Shown: positions 1 to 10,363, counted from the first letter of the stretch. The stretch: DNA of 64,000 bases from Candidatus Muiribacteriota bacterium (GCA_030633305.1 DAOVTB010000001.1:7258-71257), one strand, 5' to 3'. The notes: generated from the sequence alone by a model not told the origin. Made by a program: numbers and translations.

Positions 1-139
1 CATGCCTGTCTATTTCCAGTTGGGCACGATGTCTAAGATCTTTAGTTACAAGTATAGTTGCTATTATCAATGGAAATACAATAATCAGAGTAAAAATTAT
101 TATTATCTTTTTTCTTAATGTAAAAAAGGATTTTCTCAT
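1..139 (-). CDS. Partial CDS (N-terminal part only, continues beyond the window start): hypothetical membrane/secreted protein
   Basis: The minus-strand ATG at 137-139 overlaps the TGA stop of the upstream gene (ATGA coupling). The translation MRKSFFTLRKKIIIIFTLIIVFPLIIATILVTKDLRHRAQLEIDRH... has a hydrophobic N-terminal helix. It is not in the ORF track because it is truncated by the window edge. Confidence 0.35.
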   Translation of the reverse strand, partial: MRKSFFTLRKKIIIIFTLIIVFPLIIATILVTKDLRHRAQLEIDRH

Positions 140-1638
140 CTGTTTAACACTTTAATTCTTCCATCACATTTTGCGGAAAAAGTTCCAGTAGACTGGATCT
201 GATTTTTAATAATTTCCCTAAGAGAGCCTATTACTTTTAATTTTTCGGCTTTTTTGAGCATAGCATAGCCATCTCCACCACCAGCAAGAAAGGAATTGGT
301 TACAACGAGATATTCCTTATCTTTTTCTACAGGTTTTTCATTTATCAATAAAGAAACCAATGGCTTATCACTTTTTTTATCAATACGATAGGTTAAACCA
401 GCAACCTGTAAAACACCATATTTAAGTTCAGTTACTGTCTCAAATATACTGTACAGCATATCACCTTTAAGTTTTAACAGTATTATATCGTTATCAAATG
501 GGAGAATATCATGCAACATTCTTATTGTAAAATTGCCTTTTTTTAGGTCTGACCTGATTCCACCGCTGTTTTGAAGTGCAATATCTGCACCACTTTTATC
601 CTTTATAGTATTACAGATAAAATCACCAAGTCCGCTTTCTTCGTAATACTCATTCCTGTAATCCTGGTCTATCTTTCCAATAACTTTATTCATTATTTCA
701 TCAATTTTTCTTACATACTCATTCAACTTTCCTGAAAGCTCCAAATCCGGTTTGATTTTCTCTTTTTCAATATATACCCTTCTAAAATTTGAACACTCAA
801 GTTTACCAGCTTTGAATTCAGCATCAAAAAGCTGTACATTTGAACCTTTAGCATAACCATCATGAGCAATCAGATAGCTATTTTTTATTTTTTGAAATTT
901 TTTCTTTTTAGATCTATATTCAAGAACCTGAATAACATCAATTCCACATGAAATCAGAAAATCAATATGTTTTTCATCAACATCAATATCCAGTTGAGTA
1001 ATAACCATTATTGCATCAGCACCTTTTTCACGTAGAAATTTCACATATCCTGGAATACTTTTTGAGATTTCTGAAAAAAGAAAACCCTTTGTATTTGAAC
1101 TTTCAGTCATCACAGCTGTCTGAGGCGGAACAATTCCCATCAAACCAATCTTATAATTCCCAGAATTTAAAATTTTAACATATTCAAATTCCATACGATC
1201 CTTACTGGTATCCTTTAAATTTGTTCCAAGATAAGTAAAATTTGAATCTGATATATTTTTTCTCAATCTTGCAGCGCCAAAATCAAATTCCCTGTTTCCT
1301 ATTGCCATTGCATCAAGTCCAAGTGCATTCAATCCTGTTACCACAGCCTCACCATGTGTATAGTATGTTTCCGGAGTTCCTGAATAATTATCTCCACAAT
1401 CAAGAAAAATATACTGATTATTTTTTTTTTCCTTAACCATCTTATGAAATCCACTCAGATAAGCAATTCCTCCCACATTTTTACCTTTATATTCACCATA
1501 CTGCTCTTTGTATGGAAGAATATTACCCTGCAGGATACCACTAATTACGATAGTAATCGTATTGCTTCCCATTACAGTATACTGATATGCAAATATTGCA
1601 ATAATAATTACCAGAACTAATACAAAAATTAATTTCAT
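136..1638 (-). CDS. Bifunctional metallophosphatase/5'-nucleotidase family protein (UshA-like), with a signal peptide
   Basis: 500 aa with a hydrophobic N-terminus. Calcineurin-like metallophosphoesterase motifs are present (DCGDNYSGT, GNREFDFG). The C-terminal region resembles a 5'-nucleotidase substrate-binding domain (LQNSGGIRSD). Confidence 0.75.
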   Translation of the reverse strand: MKLIFVLVLVIIIAIFAYQYTVMGSNTITIVISGILQGNILPYKEQYGEYKGKNVGGIAYLSGFHKMVKEKKNNQYIFLDCGDNYSGTPETYYTHGEAVVTGLNALGLDAMAIGNREFDFGAARLRKNISDSNFTYLGTNLKDTSKDRMEFEYVKILNSGNYKIGLMGIVPPQTAVMTESSNTKGFLFSEISKSIPGYVKFLREKGADAIMVITQLDIDVDEKHIDFLISCGIDVIQVLEYRSKKKKFQKIKNSYLIAHDGYAKGSNVQLFDAEFKAGKLECSNFRRVYIEKEKIKPDLELSGKLNEYVRKIDEIMNKVIGKIDQDYRNEYYEESGLGDFICNTIKDKSGADIALQNSGGIRSDLKKGNFTIRMLHDILPFDNDIILLKLKGDMLYSIFETVTELKYGVLQVAGLTYRIDKKSDKPLVSLLINEKPVEKDKEYLVVTNSFLAGGGDGYAMLKKAEKLKVIGSLREIIKNQIQSTGTFSAKCDGRIKVLNR

Positions 1639-1644
1639 AAAATA

Positions 1645-2418
1645 TTACCCTGTCTTTTCATTTAAAATTTCAGTTTTCAAATAATTTAAAAATCTAATTA
1701 CACCGTCTGGTATATCATTATTCCAGAAAAATTTATACCCTTTATCAAAATCACCAAGATCAGAGATCCTGAAATGGGTGTCTGTTCCAAGCGAAATCAT
1801 TCCTCCACATTTAACAAATTCTCTGTAATATGCTATGTTGCTTTCAAAATAATGAACCCATTTATCCTTATGTTCTTGTACCATACTTTTAGAGCCAGTC
1901 GTTACTTCTATGAACAGATTGTTTTCGATTATTTCAGGAATCATATCACAAAATGTTTCAAGCGAAAATCGTTCACGTATATTCCAATGAGCAAATCCGA
2001 TTGGTTTATCAGGAATTATTTCTCTGATCTTAATAACTCGATCATAGCATTTTTTTGTCATAACTCCTTCAACAATTAAATAATCCAGATCAGTATTATT
2101 TAATTCTGCAAGTCTTTGCATATCATTTAAAAGAAGTTCCGAAGTCAGGTCAAGTTCAATTCCCGCAAGTACATATTTCCCTTTTTCTCTATAAAATTCA
2201 GCCCTTTCCATTATTGTTTCAATATATTTCGGTAAAGAATCAAAATCTACAACAGATCCCACTTTTTCAGTCATAAAATGATCAGTAACACCAATTACAT
2301 CAAGACCATATTCCTCAATTCCAACACCTATCATTGCCGGAATAATCAATGTACCATCTGACATTGTAGAATGATTATGAAGATTTATTTTTAAAATATC
2401 CTTAAAATCAAATTCCAT
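1645..2418 (-). CDS. PHP-domain (polymerase/histidinol phosphatase-like) metal-dependent phosphoesterase
   Basis: 257 aa. The N-terminus NLHNHSTMSDGT is the classic PHP HxH...SDG signature. VTDHF and later His/Asp residues are consistent with the PHP fold. Confidence 0.6.
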   Translation of the reverse strand: MEFDFKDILKINLHNHSTMSDGTLIIPAMIGVGIEEYGLDVIGVTDHFMTEKVGSVVDFDSLPKYIETIMERAEFYREKGKYVLAGIELDLTSELLLNDMQRLAELNNTDLDYLIVEGVMTKKCYDRVIKIREIIPDKPIGFAHWNIRERFSLETFCDMIPEIIENNLFIEVTTGSKSMVQEHKDKWVHYFESNIAYYREFVKCGGMISLGTDTHFRISDLGDFDKGYKFFWNNDIPDGVIRFLNYLKTEILNEKTG

Positions 2419-2433
2419 TATCCCTCATTTTTT

Positions 2434-2636
2434 CTGGACAGGCACTGGCATGCTGTGTCGCAATACACTTCTATACAATATTTGGTGAAAACAACTTATC
2501 TGGCACAGGGGTCAAAGCAACTTTCATGAACTTGGATTTCAAGTTCACAAAAGCTCTGACCCCATCTATATTGGTATTTAGCATTATTTATTTCCAGTTT
2601 TTATTTATTTTTTTCCTTCGTGCCCTTCGTGGTCCA
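2434..2636 (+). repeat. Intergenic structured repeat, copy A (GC-rich hairpin region + about 56-nt stem-loop module + ATCTATATTGGTATTT + TTCGTG x2)
   Basis: About 80% identical over about 130 nt to copy B at 30664-30856. The outer helix is GGGGTCA (2508-2514) / TGACCCC (2557-2563), enclosing an inner hairpin ATGAACTTG...CAAGTTCAC. It ends with two TTCGTG motifs 9 bp apart (2617-2631). Confidence 0.55.
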
Positions 2637-2868
2637 ATTTTTTCTTTTTTTTTCTTTCTTATCTTTATTTATATCATAACCTGCTTTTGAATTAGATGAA
2701 GATTGGATTTTTCAAGTCAATTTATGCTGAGGTGTACTCTTTTCGTACTCCGAAGCATAAATTGGCGCAGAAAAATTCAAGCTTCGCTAATTCAGAACGC
2801 AGGTTATGTCGATATTATAAGATGTAACATAGAAATTGTAAACAAAAAGATGAAATTCGGAGGGGTTT

Positions 2869-3018
2869 ATGTACTGTCCTAGTTGTGGTCAAAAAAATTT
2901 ATATAATCAAAGATTCTGTAATAATTGTGGTTATTATCTAAAAGATACTATCCAGTTTGATTTCTCAAAACTACAGGAAAAAAGATTCAAGAATAAAAGA
3001 CTTTTCAAATTAAGTTAA
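2869..3018 (+). CDS. Small zinc-ribbon protein (49 aa, CxxC...CxxC), not in the ORF track
   Basis: ATG at 2869 is preceded by GGAGGGG (2859-2865). The translation MYCPSCGQKNLYNQRFCNNCGYYLKDTIQFDFSKLQEKRFKNKRLFKLS has two CxxC pairs. It lies in an otherwise intergenic stretch. Confidence 0.35.
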   Translation: MYCPSCGQKNLYNQRFCNNCGYYLKDTIQFDFSKLQEKRFKNKRLFKLS

Positions 3019-3030
3019 TTACTACCTGAA

Positions 3031-4344
3031 CTACATTTCAGGTGGCATTATAATCTTTTCTGTCAGTCCTGGATGATCAAAAATTGTTTTTCCAGTAATA
3101 TCAAAACCTTGTGAATCCATTATTGCAGGATTCACAATGGCTTTAACTGATTTTCCGAATTCCTTTTCTATTTTTTTTAATGTTTCGTATATATCCATAA
3201 ACGAAAATAAACCATAGCAATAAATATTTCCGCCAAAAGTCCTGTTTTCAGGAACAAAAATATTGTTGTATCTCTTTTTAAAGGCTTTTTCTGCGAATCG
3301 GGAAACAAAAATAACTGTTTCTGGTTCCGTTTCAACATATTCATCAATCCATTTAAGCATCCTATTACTGACACCAGGTCGAATTATGGGTTTTTCATCA
3401 TCAGATAAAAAAATCTGATCTACGAGAACTCCATCTTTTGTTTGTATAGATATATAATTCGCCTCGCTATCTATATAGTTTTTTATTACTTCAGTTCCAC
3501 AAATTACGTTTTTTCCATTTACAGCCTTTATAATATCTCCCGGTTGAATTCTACCAGTTGAGTTTTCTACTCCTTCAACATATGCTGCAAAGTCTTCAAT
3601 ATAATAAGGTTCCATAATAATGGGAAAGCCACAATCTTTTCTGTAAACATTGATCTTTGATGAAATTTCATGCTGAATTTTATCAAATTGTGAAACTGTA
3701 ATTTTAAATCGATTCATGCTTTCAGATGATAATCCAGCAAAAAATATCCTCACAGTTTTCCTGTATTTTTCCATACACTCAAGCAATTGAAAAATTGATT
3801 CCTTTTCTTCGCCCATGTTTTCAAATACTCGTGGAAAAATAACTGCACTGACTGTATAATCAATATTTTCAGTATCCAACAGCGCAAGAATGCTTCTCCC
3901 CGGTCTGGTTCCTTTCAAATAACGGGCGCGTTCCTCAAAATCAATGCAATTAATTGATACTGTCAGGGAGATATTCCCAATATTTGAAAGTATCTGTAAA
4001 CTTTTTTCTGTTAGAAGTTCACCGTTTGTAGTTATCTTAATATGCATTTCAGGATACTTATTACGTAATTTTTCCAGCAGTTCAAATATTGACAGATACA
4101 GGAAAGGTTCTCCTTCAAAATAACGTGTTGCTGACTCTCCAATCACTAGCGGTTTAACTGGATCAATAAATTCACAGGCAACCATTAATTCATCAACTGT
4201 ACGTTCCTTTACACGCAATACAGGAAATCCGCTATTCTGCTTATTCGAACAAAATATACAGGAAAGATTACATCTGGATGTAAGCGGAAGAGTATTAGAA
4301 CCGGATATACTTTTTAACAAATAATCCCATTCATTCAGCTTCAA
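3031..4344 (-). CDS. Radical SAM protein with an internal PDZ domain and a DUF512-like C-terminal region
   Basis: 437 aa. The CxxxCxxC motif (CNLSCIFC) is near the N-terminus. A PDZ-like segment follows (GRIQPGDIIKAVNGKNV). Confidence 0.7.
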   Translation of the reverse strand: MKLNEWDYLLKSISGSNTLPLTSRCNLSCIFCSNKQNSGFPVLRVKERTVDELMVACEFIDPVKPLVIGESATRYFEGEPFLYLSIFELLEKLRNKYPEMHIKITTNGELLTEKSLQILSNIGNISLTVSINCIDFEERARYLKGTRPGRSILALLDTENIDYTVSAVIFPRVFENMGEEKESIFQLLECMEKYRKTVRIFFAGLSSESMNRFKITVSQFDKIQHEISSKINVYRKDCGFPIIMEPYYIEDFAAYVEGVENSTGRIQPGDIIKAVNGKNVICGTEVIKNYIDSEANYISIQTKDGVLVDQIFLSDDEKPIIRPGVSNRMLKWIDEYVETEPETVIFVSRFAEKAFKKRYNNIFVPENRTFGGNIYCYGLFSFMDIYETLKKIEKEFGKSVKAIVNPAIMDSQGFDITGKTIFDHPGLTEKIIMPPEM

Positions 4345-6061
4345 TTCTGGTGAATTCCATTATTGTTTCTTTGATTTGTGGGAAGGCCGAAAAGTCTATA
4401 TGTTCAAGGTTTTCAACAATTTCACTCTGAAGTTGCTTTGTTTCACCTAACTGATTTAAAGCTTCAAGATAATAATAAAAATATTTCGGATTCCTGGAAA
4501 TATCAAACAACCTGGTATAAACACGATAGGCTTCTTCCCACTCCGATTCTTTCAGTGCAATCACTCCTTCTTTTTCACCAGACTCAATAAGGTTTTGCTG
4601 AAGAAATTTAGGAATAGGTAAAAGCTTCATATGCATAATTTTATAGTAGAGATATAGAATATAAAAATTTCTATTATCTTCTTTATATGCAAGTTCAATG
4701 TATGAATAGGCTGTATTCAAACTATTTAAAGTATAAGATATCTTGGCAATGTAATAAGTAGGCGCAATCGATTTTGGAGAAATTTTCTTTGCACAAAAAA
4801 ACTGTTTTAATGATGCAAGAAGTCTTTTCTCCTTCAAAAGTTTCTTGCCATCCCTTATTGCTTCATCATAATTTTGAGTAATAGATTTATAACAATCTGA
4901 GGATTCCATCCATTCAATTATCTCCCCAAAGTCTATATCAAGTAAATCAGAACGCCCGTGAGAATTACTGATAAGCGTATCATATAACGTTATTATATCT
5001 GCAGGTTTCTCATCAAGAATACCCATTATTTTGATATAACCTTTCATTATTTCATTGTTATGCGGAAAAATTTGAGAGGCCTTTTTGAAACATTCCAGTG
5101 AATTTTTATGTTCTCCAGAAAGAAACAGGCTCATTCCAAGCGCATATGCATAATCTTCATCCCGAGTAAAAAGATCTTCTGTAAATATTTTTTCCAGTAT
5201 TTTACTGGCGACATCATACTTTTGCATCATAATGTATTCCAGAGAAAGAAAATAATTAAAAACATAATTATATGGTGCAAGACTGACTGATTTCTGGAAA
5301 CTTTCAAGTGCTTCATCATTTCTTGAACCAAGATTACTTATACATAGTCCCTGGAGAAAAAAGGCGTATGAATTTTCTGGTTCTTCTTTAAGATAATGTT
5401 CAAGATATACCAACGCTTTGCTATACAGTTTCAGACTTATAGCTACAGTAGCCAGTTCAAAATAATATCTGTGATTCCTAACGTATTCACTTTTTTGAAG
5501 AAATAATCGTGCATCTTCATTACAATTAACAGAAACACAAAATCTGGCAACAATTATTACAAGTCTATTAACTTCTTCGGGGGTGACACAATTGAAAAAT
5601 TTCAGGAATAACTCCCGTCCTTCTTCAGGACGCCCAAGAAAATATGCTGTTTCTGCTTTAGTTATCATAACTGAAGGATGGTTTCCAAAAAGCTCAACTG
5701 CCTGTGAAATATAATTTGCTGACTCTTTTCTATCTCCTCTAATAGATTCAATTATGGCAAGATCACATAGAAAATCAGGAGACTCTGTTTTTAAATGCCT
5801 GTTTTTCAATATAATCTCAGCAGCACCATCTATATCATCAATCCTGGTCAATGCAGTTGCATAAATTTCATAATTTACAAAAGATAATCTGTTTTCGTCA
5901 GTATCAAGCTTTTTAAAACAATCGACACTCCTGACATATTCTCCTGCCTTGTAATACAATCGCGCCAGTTCTTCCATAATAATCAAACGATTATCAGAAA
6001 ACTCAAGCTGTTTTTCCAGGGCAATTATTTTATCAATATACAGAAACTTGTTAGTTTTCAT
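4331..6061 (-). CDS. TPR-repeat protein
   Basis: 576 aa with repeated 34-residue helical TPR-like units (e.g. AYALGMSLFLSGEHKNSLECFKKASQIFPHN) and no signal peptide. Confidence 0.55.
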   Translation of the reverse strand: MKTNKFLYIDKIIALEKQLEFSDNRLIIMEELARLYYKAGEYVRSVDCFKKLDTDENRLSFVNYEIYATALTRIDDIDGAAEIILKNRHLKTESPDFLCDLAIIESIRGDRKESANYISQAVELFGNHPSVMITKAETAYFLGRPEEGRELFLKFFNCVTPEEVNRLVIIVARFCVSVNCNEDARLFLQKSEYVRNHRYYFELATVAISLKLYSKALVYLEHYLKEEPENSYAFFLQGLCISNLGSRNDEALESFQKSVSLAPYNYVFNYFLSLEYIMMQKYDVASKILEKIFTEDLFTRDEDYAYALGMSLFLSGEHKNSLECFKKASQIFPHNNEIMKGYIKIMGILDEKPADIITLYDTLISNSHGRSDLLDIDFGEIIEWMESSDCYKSITQNYDEAIRDGKKLLKEKRLLASLKQFFCAKKISPKSIAPTYYIAKISYTLNSLNTAYSYIELAYKEDNRNFYILYLYYKIMHMKLLPIPKFLQQNLIESGEKEGVIALKESEWEEAYRVYTRLFDISRNPKYFYYYLEALNQLGETKQLQSEIVENLEHIDFSAFPQIKETIMEFTRIEAE

Positions 6062-6067
6062 TTTTTT

Positions 6068-6634
6068 TTATACTACATCCTCTTCTACATCGTTTTCATC
6101 ATTAACCACAAGAGCATCTTCAGGAACAATTATAAGATCATCTACAAGTGCTTTCAAATATTCCAGCTTTTCTTTTTCAGATTCATTCATATCAGAATAA
6201 TGTTCATCATAAATTTCAAGAATTGCTTTCTTTATATTTCCAAGCCGGTCTTTCATGCTACCTTGCATTCCATTCAGGCTTACTGCGATCTCTGTTAAAA
6301 AGTCTCCCTTTCTAAGTTTTATATTATGGCTCAGATCCCCATTCCCAATACGATCCATTTCGATTTCCAATCTATATATAGGTCCAGCAATCTTATGAGT
6401 AAAGGTAAGCGGAAAACCAATTATTATACTGACATTAATAATCACCATGACAAACATTGCTATAGTTTTTAACTTGGGATTATTTACAATTCTTGTACCT
6501 AAAAAGAAATTATTTTTAATCAATATGACATCTGCCCCTACCATCACCAGTATTATGACAGCAATCATAATTAACAGCAGAAAAATTTTTAACTGAAGTT
6601 TTTTCTTTACAAAATATTGACTTCTTCTACCCAT
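6068..6634 (-). CDS. Membrane protein with two TM helices and a HAMP domain (stand-alone HAMP)
   Basis: 188 aa. There are two hydrophobic segments, then IAGPIYRLEIEMDRIGNGDLSHNIKLRKGDFLTEIAVSLNGM, typical of HAMP, and an acidic tail. Confidence 0.5.
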   Translation of the reverse strand: MGRRSQYFVKKKLQLKIFLLLIMIAVIILVMVGADVILIKNNFFLGTRIVNNPKLKTIAMFVMVIINVSIIIGFPLTFTHKIAGPIYRLEIEMDRIGNGDLSHNIKLRKGDFLTEIAVSLNGMQGSMKDRLGNIKKAILEIYDEHYSDMNESEKEKLEYLKALVDDLIIVPEDALVVNDENDVEEDVV

Positions 6635-6647
6635 CGGTTTCTCCTTA

Positions 6648-8189
6648 CTAAGATTTTAAACCATATATTTCAACTGCTTGAGATCGTCCTTTAACCTGAA
6701 CACTCTCAAGAAACTCACATTCAAACGAATCTGCAATTTCATCATAAGTTCCATTACTTATAATTATATTGCTTTCATATGATCTGGTCAAACTTTCCAA
6801 TCTGCTTGCTACATTAACTGCATCTCCAATAACAGTATACTCCAATCTTTCAGAACTTCCAATATTTCCAACGATCATCTCGCCAGTATTGATTCCAACT
6901 CCCATTTCAAACCCATTGAAATCACCTTCCTGATCCTTAAATATCTCATTAAGTTCTGTAATAAGTTCCTGCATCGCAAGTGCTGCCTCAACTGCTTTTT
7001 CCGCATGATTAGGAACAAACACAGGGGCCCCCCAAAAGGCCATGACAGCATCACCCATAAATTTATCAATTGTTCCACCAGTTTCCAAAATCACGTTCGT
7101 AATCGCATCAAGATATTCGTTCAGGCAGGAAATAACTTTTTCTGGAGGATTCTTCTCAGAGAAAGAAGTAAATCCCTTTATATCGCTAAATAAAACAGTC
7201 ATTTTCCTGATTTCACCACCTAACTTAACACTGTTAGGATTGTCCATTATAGTTTCTACCAGACTTGAAGATGTGTACTTTCCAAACATTTCCTTCAATT
7301 TCAGCTTCATTTCCCTTTCCTGATCTGAAATTTTCTTAGTTGAGACAAGATCTTTCTTTGTAAGATCAAGGAGTTGAGCATTTTTTAAAACGACTCCAAG
7401 AACAGCACCAACAGAGATAATTATCTGTTTTTCTTCAGTGCTTATTTCTTTCTTTTCAGGATCTATAAATTCTTCTATAGAAATAACACCTACAACTTTC
7501 TTCCTGCTTACAATGGAAAATAAAACTTCAAAATTGATAGGACATCTTTTCAACAGTTGCAGGACTTCAATATCTGATTTTTGATCGCTTTTACACAATA
7601 CTCCGCTGTTCAGTGCAATATACCCGAGTGCATCATCTTCACTTATCGCGAAGGTAAGATTTGGGACCGAAAACAATTCATACGAATCCATCCCGTTTTC
7701 GTCTAATTCATGTCGGAATCCTCTGACGCAGTATATATCCCCTTCTTTTTCATCATTCAAGAAAAAATAACCACTTCTAGCATTTGCTGATTTTGAAATA
7801 ATTTCTGCAACAACCTTGAATATCTCGTTTTCGTCAAGTGAACTGGCTAGCTCTCTAAACCTGTAAATAATAGAATTCATACGAACCATTTTCTGAGTAA
7901 ACTCGATTTTTGACTTCCGTTCAAGTTCCATTAGTTCTTTTTCACGAATTTGAAAATATTTATCCTGAGAAGCCTTATCTCCAGAAATCACATTACCAGA
8001 TGTCTTTTTCTCTAATTCCGACAGCTTTTTATTTAATTTATTATTGTACAGCTTCAAAATTAAAAACATAACTGCATTTACAACGAGAATTATTATAACA
8101 AACGTATTTATTGCTGAATCCAGGAGTAATTGTTTATAAATATCTATATCTAATATCTTATTGACCATACAATAGTGCCTGAGTATCAA
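6648..8189 (-). CDS. Class III adenylate/guanylate cyclase with an N-terminal TM and sensor region
   Basis: 513 aa. The C-terminal catalytic domain has FSDIKGFTSFSEK, FMGDAVMAFWGAP and GINTGEMIVGNIGS...YTVIGDAVNVASRLE. The true start may be the internal Met MVNK. Confidence 0.8.
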   Translation of the reverse strand: MILRHYCMVNKILDIDIYKQLLLDSAINTFVIIILVVNAVMFLILKLYNNKLNKKLSELEKKTSGNVISGDKASQDKYFQIREKELMELERKSKIEFTQKMVRMNSIIYRFRELASSLDENEIFKVVAEIISKSANARSGYFFLNDEKEGDIYCVRGFRHELDENGMDSYELFSVPNLTFAISEDDALGYIALNSGVLCKSDQKSDIEVLQLLKRCPINFEVLFSIVSRKKVVGVISIEEFIDPEKKEISTEEKQIIISVGAVLGVVLKNAQLLDLTKKDLVSTKKISDQEREMKLKLKEMFGKYTSSSLVETIMDNPNSVKLGGEIRKMTVLFSDIKGFTSFSEKNPPEKVISCLNEYLDAITNVILETGGTIDKFMGDAVMAFWGAPVFVPNHAEKAVEAALAMQELITELNEIFKDQEGDFNGFEMGVGINTGEMIVGNIGSSERLEYTVIGDAVNVASRLESLTRSYESNIIISNGTYDEIADSFECEFLESVQVKGRSQAVEIYGLKS

Positions 8190-9582
8190 TGATGCCTGGT
8201 TTCGGAATCCAGAATTTGAGCGCAGATTTATTGATCCTGCCCTTACTACTTAAAGGCATGGATAAAAACTTGGTGCCTGATGTTTTCTTTAACTTGATTT
8301 TGTCGGAAACAACCAGCAACTGTCCAGTTTTCATAGAAAATTGCTCTGGGAAAACAATGAACGGAAATGGATCTCCCATTACAAGTTCGCTTAAATCAAC
8401 TCCCTCTCCATCATAACCATCATCGATCACAGAAATACTAATTTCAGAATCACTAAAAGATTCCAACTTCAACTTTGTTCCCAAACATGGTGGCAAAGCA
8501 CTTTTTCCATGGAATAACTTGATAAACTCCTTAAAATACAAATTAGCTATGCGTTTATCATGGATAATAACTATATTTTCATCATTACGTTTATCTGCAC
8601 TGGCAGTAAAATTGAATGATCCTGTAATTACAGTTGGATTACTGTCTGTAATAGGGTCAATAACCATAAACTTATGATGGACCATAGCTTGAGTATTGTC
8701 CCATTTTACTTCAAGACTTTCTCCACTGATATTCTTATTAATTGAATAAGATCTTCCTGCAAAAAGATTATCAATATATCCTTTTGAAACAATTCCAGAA
8801 TTAATTTTTTTCTCTATCTCAGAAATAATTCCCTTATGCGAAAAAGTGAACATACAAAAATAGATGGAATGATCAGCGTCACGTATTTCTTTAATAATCT
8901 CGGATGCTGAATTATCTGTTGGAGCCATGTACACTTCAATTGGTATGCCTGATTCAAGTGTAAAAAAATGTGTTGTATTATTTGATTTTTTCTTTCCAAA
9001 CAAATGGTCTTTATGCATTTCAAGCAATTCAGTCTCATATGCTTTTGCAACTTTTTTTGATCTTATAAGTACCGCATTGTTGTTGTTCTGCTCAGTGCCA
9101 TTATCTGTAATATTATATGATCCGGTCCATACCATTTCAGAATCAACTACACAGAATTTATTGTGACTCTGAGCTGAACCCTTTGATACTATTGCATCAT
9201 TGATTACTGTTATACCTGCATTTTTAAGAGGTTCATAATATTTCCTGTAAGATTTTTTCTCTTGATAATGATTATCTGTAACCAGTTTTACATTTGATGG
9301 TCCCAATCTTTGTGCAGCCCGCACAAAAGCATCGACAATTTTTTTTCTGCCAATCTGATAAAAATGTGCAAATACCGTTTTTTTTGCTGAATCAATATGT
9401 TTAACAAGTTTATCGTCAAGTCCATTTGAGAAAGGAGGAGAATTAAAATATACTTTCAGATCATCTGAAAAGGCCAATTGAAAAAAGGCTAAAAATAATA
9501 TTTGAAAAATTAAAATCTTCTTAAATAATTTCACTGTAAAATAAAAATTTCCTTTCATCAGCAAATATTCTAATGTTTCCAT
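8158..9582 (-). CDS. Phospholipase D-family protein (two HKD motifs), secreted/membrane anchored
   Basis: 474 aa with two HxK(x)4D motifs (SHNKFCVVDSE and HHKFMVIDPITD) and a hydrophobic N-terminus. The start is uncertain (possibly MKGNFYF...). Confidence 0.7.
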   Translation of the reverse strand: METLEYLLMKGNFYFTVKLFKKILIFQILFLAFFQLAFSDDLKVYFNSPPFSNGLDDKLVKHIDSAKKTVFAHFYQIGRKKIVDAFVRAAQRLGPSNVKLVTDNHYQEKKSYRKYYEPLKNAGITVINDAIVSKGSAQSHNKFCVVDSEMVWTGSYNITDNGTEQNNNNAVLIRSKKVAKAYETELLEMHKDHLFGKKKSNNTTHFFTLESGIPIEVYMAPTDNSASEIIKEIRDADHSIYFCMFTFSHKGIISEIEKKINSGIVSKGYIDNLFAGRSYSINKNISGESLEVKWDNTQAMVHHKFMVIDPITDSNPTVITGSFNFTASADKRNDENIVIIHDKRIANLYFKEFIKLFHGKSALPPCLGTKLKLESFSDSEISISVIDDGYDGEGVDLSELVMGDPFPFIVFPEQFSMKTGQLLVVSDKIKLKKTSGTKFLSMPLSSKGRINKSALKFWIPKPGIIDTQALLYGQ

Positions 9583-10363
9583 TCAAAAGAGTTCTGAATA
9601 TCTTCTTCTTTTTCTTTGAATAAAACAAATGGTATTTCATCTTCATTATTCCGAAATTTGTCGACAGATCATCAATCACTACAATATATTTCGCTTTCAA
9701 TCCATATGAACAAAAATTTCCATTTGATGGAAGTTTTGCTATACTTATATCTTCTTTTTCCAACAATTTGATAAGTTTTTTCCTGTCACAGCTTGCAACG
9801 TCAGAGAAAAATGCAAGCTTCTTGTTTAAAAAGGAAAGAATAAACCCTCCTGATCTTTTTTTGGTATTCATGAACGGATAAACAAATCTTAATTTAAAAT
9901 GACTGCCAACTATCTCATTTACATCAAAATAGAATCTGAAAAAAATATTTTTTTCTTTAATTACATCAAGTAGTTCCCTGTTTTTTTTAAAATTTAAGTT
10001 ACTAAATGGCAGATAGATACTACTAATTGATTCCCTGCGAAGAAGTTTTATCAAAGAATTTACGTGTAATCTTGTATTTTTTGTTAATATGACCATTTTC
10101 TGGCCGGCTTTATCAAAGGGTCTATTATCAAAATATTCCCCATACTTATCATAATCCGGAGGATTAACATAAATACATTCATCTTTTAAAATAAATTTTG
10201 CAGAATCAAAATGTGAATATTTAAAAAATCCCAATTCTGCAATTTTATTTCTATCTTCAATAATAATCCTGTCATCAAAAGGATAGACTTTGAAATAGTA
10301 TACGAGACTACCCCATAAAATCAGATTTAGTAGAATGATAGTAATTAAAAATTTTTTTCTCAT
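9521..10363 (-). CDS. Hypothetical membrane-anchored protein
   Basis: 280 aa with an N-terminal TM (MRKKFLITIILLNLILWGSLVYYF). No recognisable domain. Confidence 0.4.
   Translation of the reverse strand: MRKKFLITIILLNLILWGSLVYYFKVYPFDDRIIIEDRNKIAELGFFKYSHFDSAKFILKDECIYVNPPDYDKYGEYFDNRPFDKAGQKMVILTKNTRLHVNSLIKLLRRESISSIYLPFSNLNFKKNRELLDVIKEKNIFFRFYFDVNEIVGSHFKLRFVYPFMNTKKRSGGFILSFLNKKLAFFSDVASCDRKKLIKLLEKEDISIAKLPSNGNFCSYGLKAKYIVVIDDLSTNFGIMKMKYHLFYSKKKKKIFRTLLNGNIRIFADERKFLFYSEII

Noticed and set aside
1242-1436. Numerous 60-140-aa ORFs on the strand opposite to long genes (e.g. 1242-1436, 1774-2079, 7042-7323, 17669-17983, 45400-45612, 60779-61033)
   Set aside because: They are embedded antisense within well-supported long CDSs. 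Their translations are low-complexity or AT-codon-rich with no motifs or RBS. They are typical spurious ORFs in AT-rich DNA.
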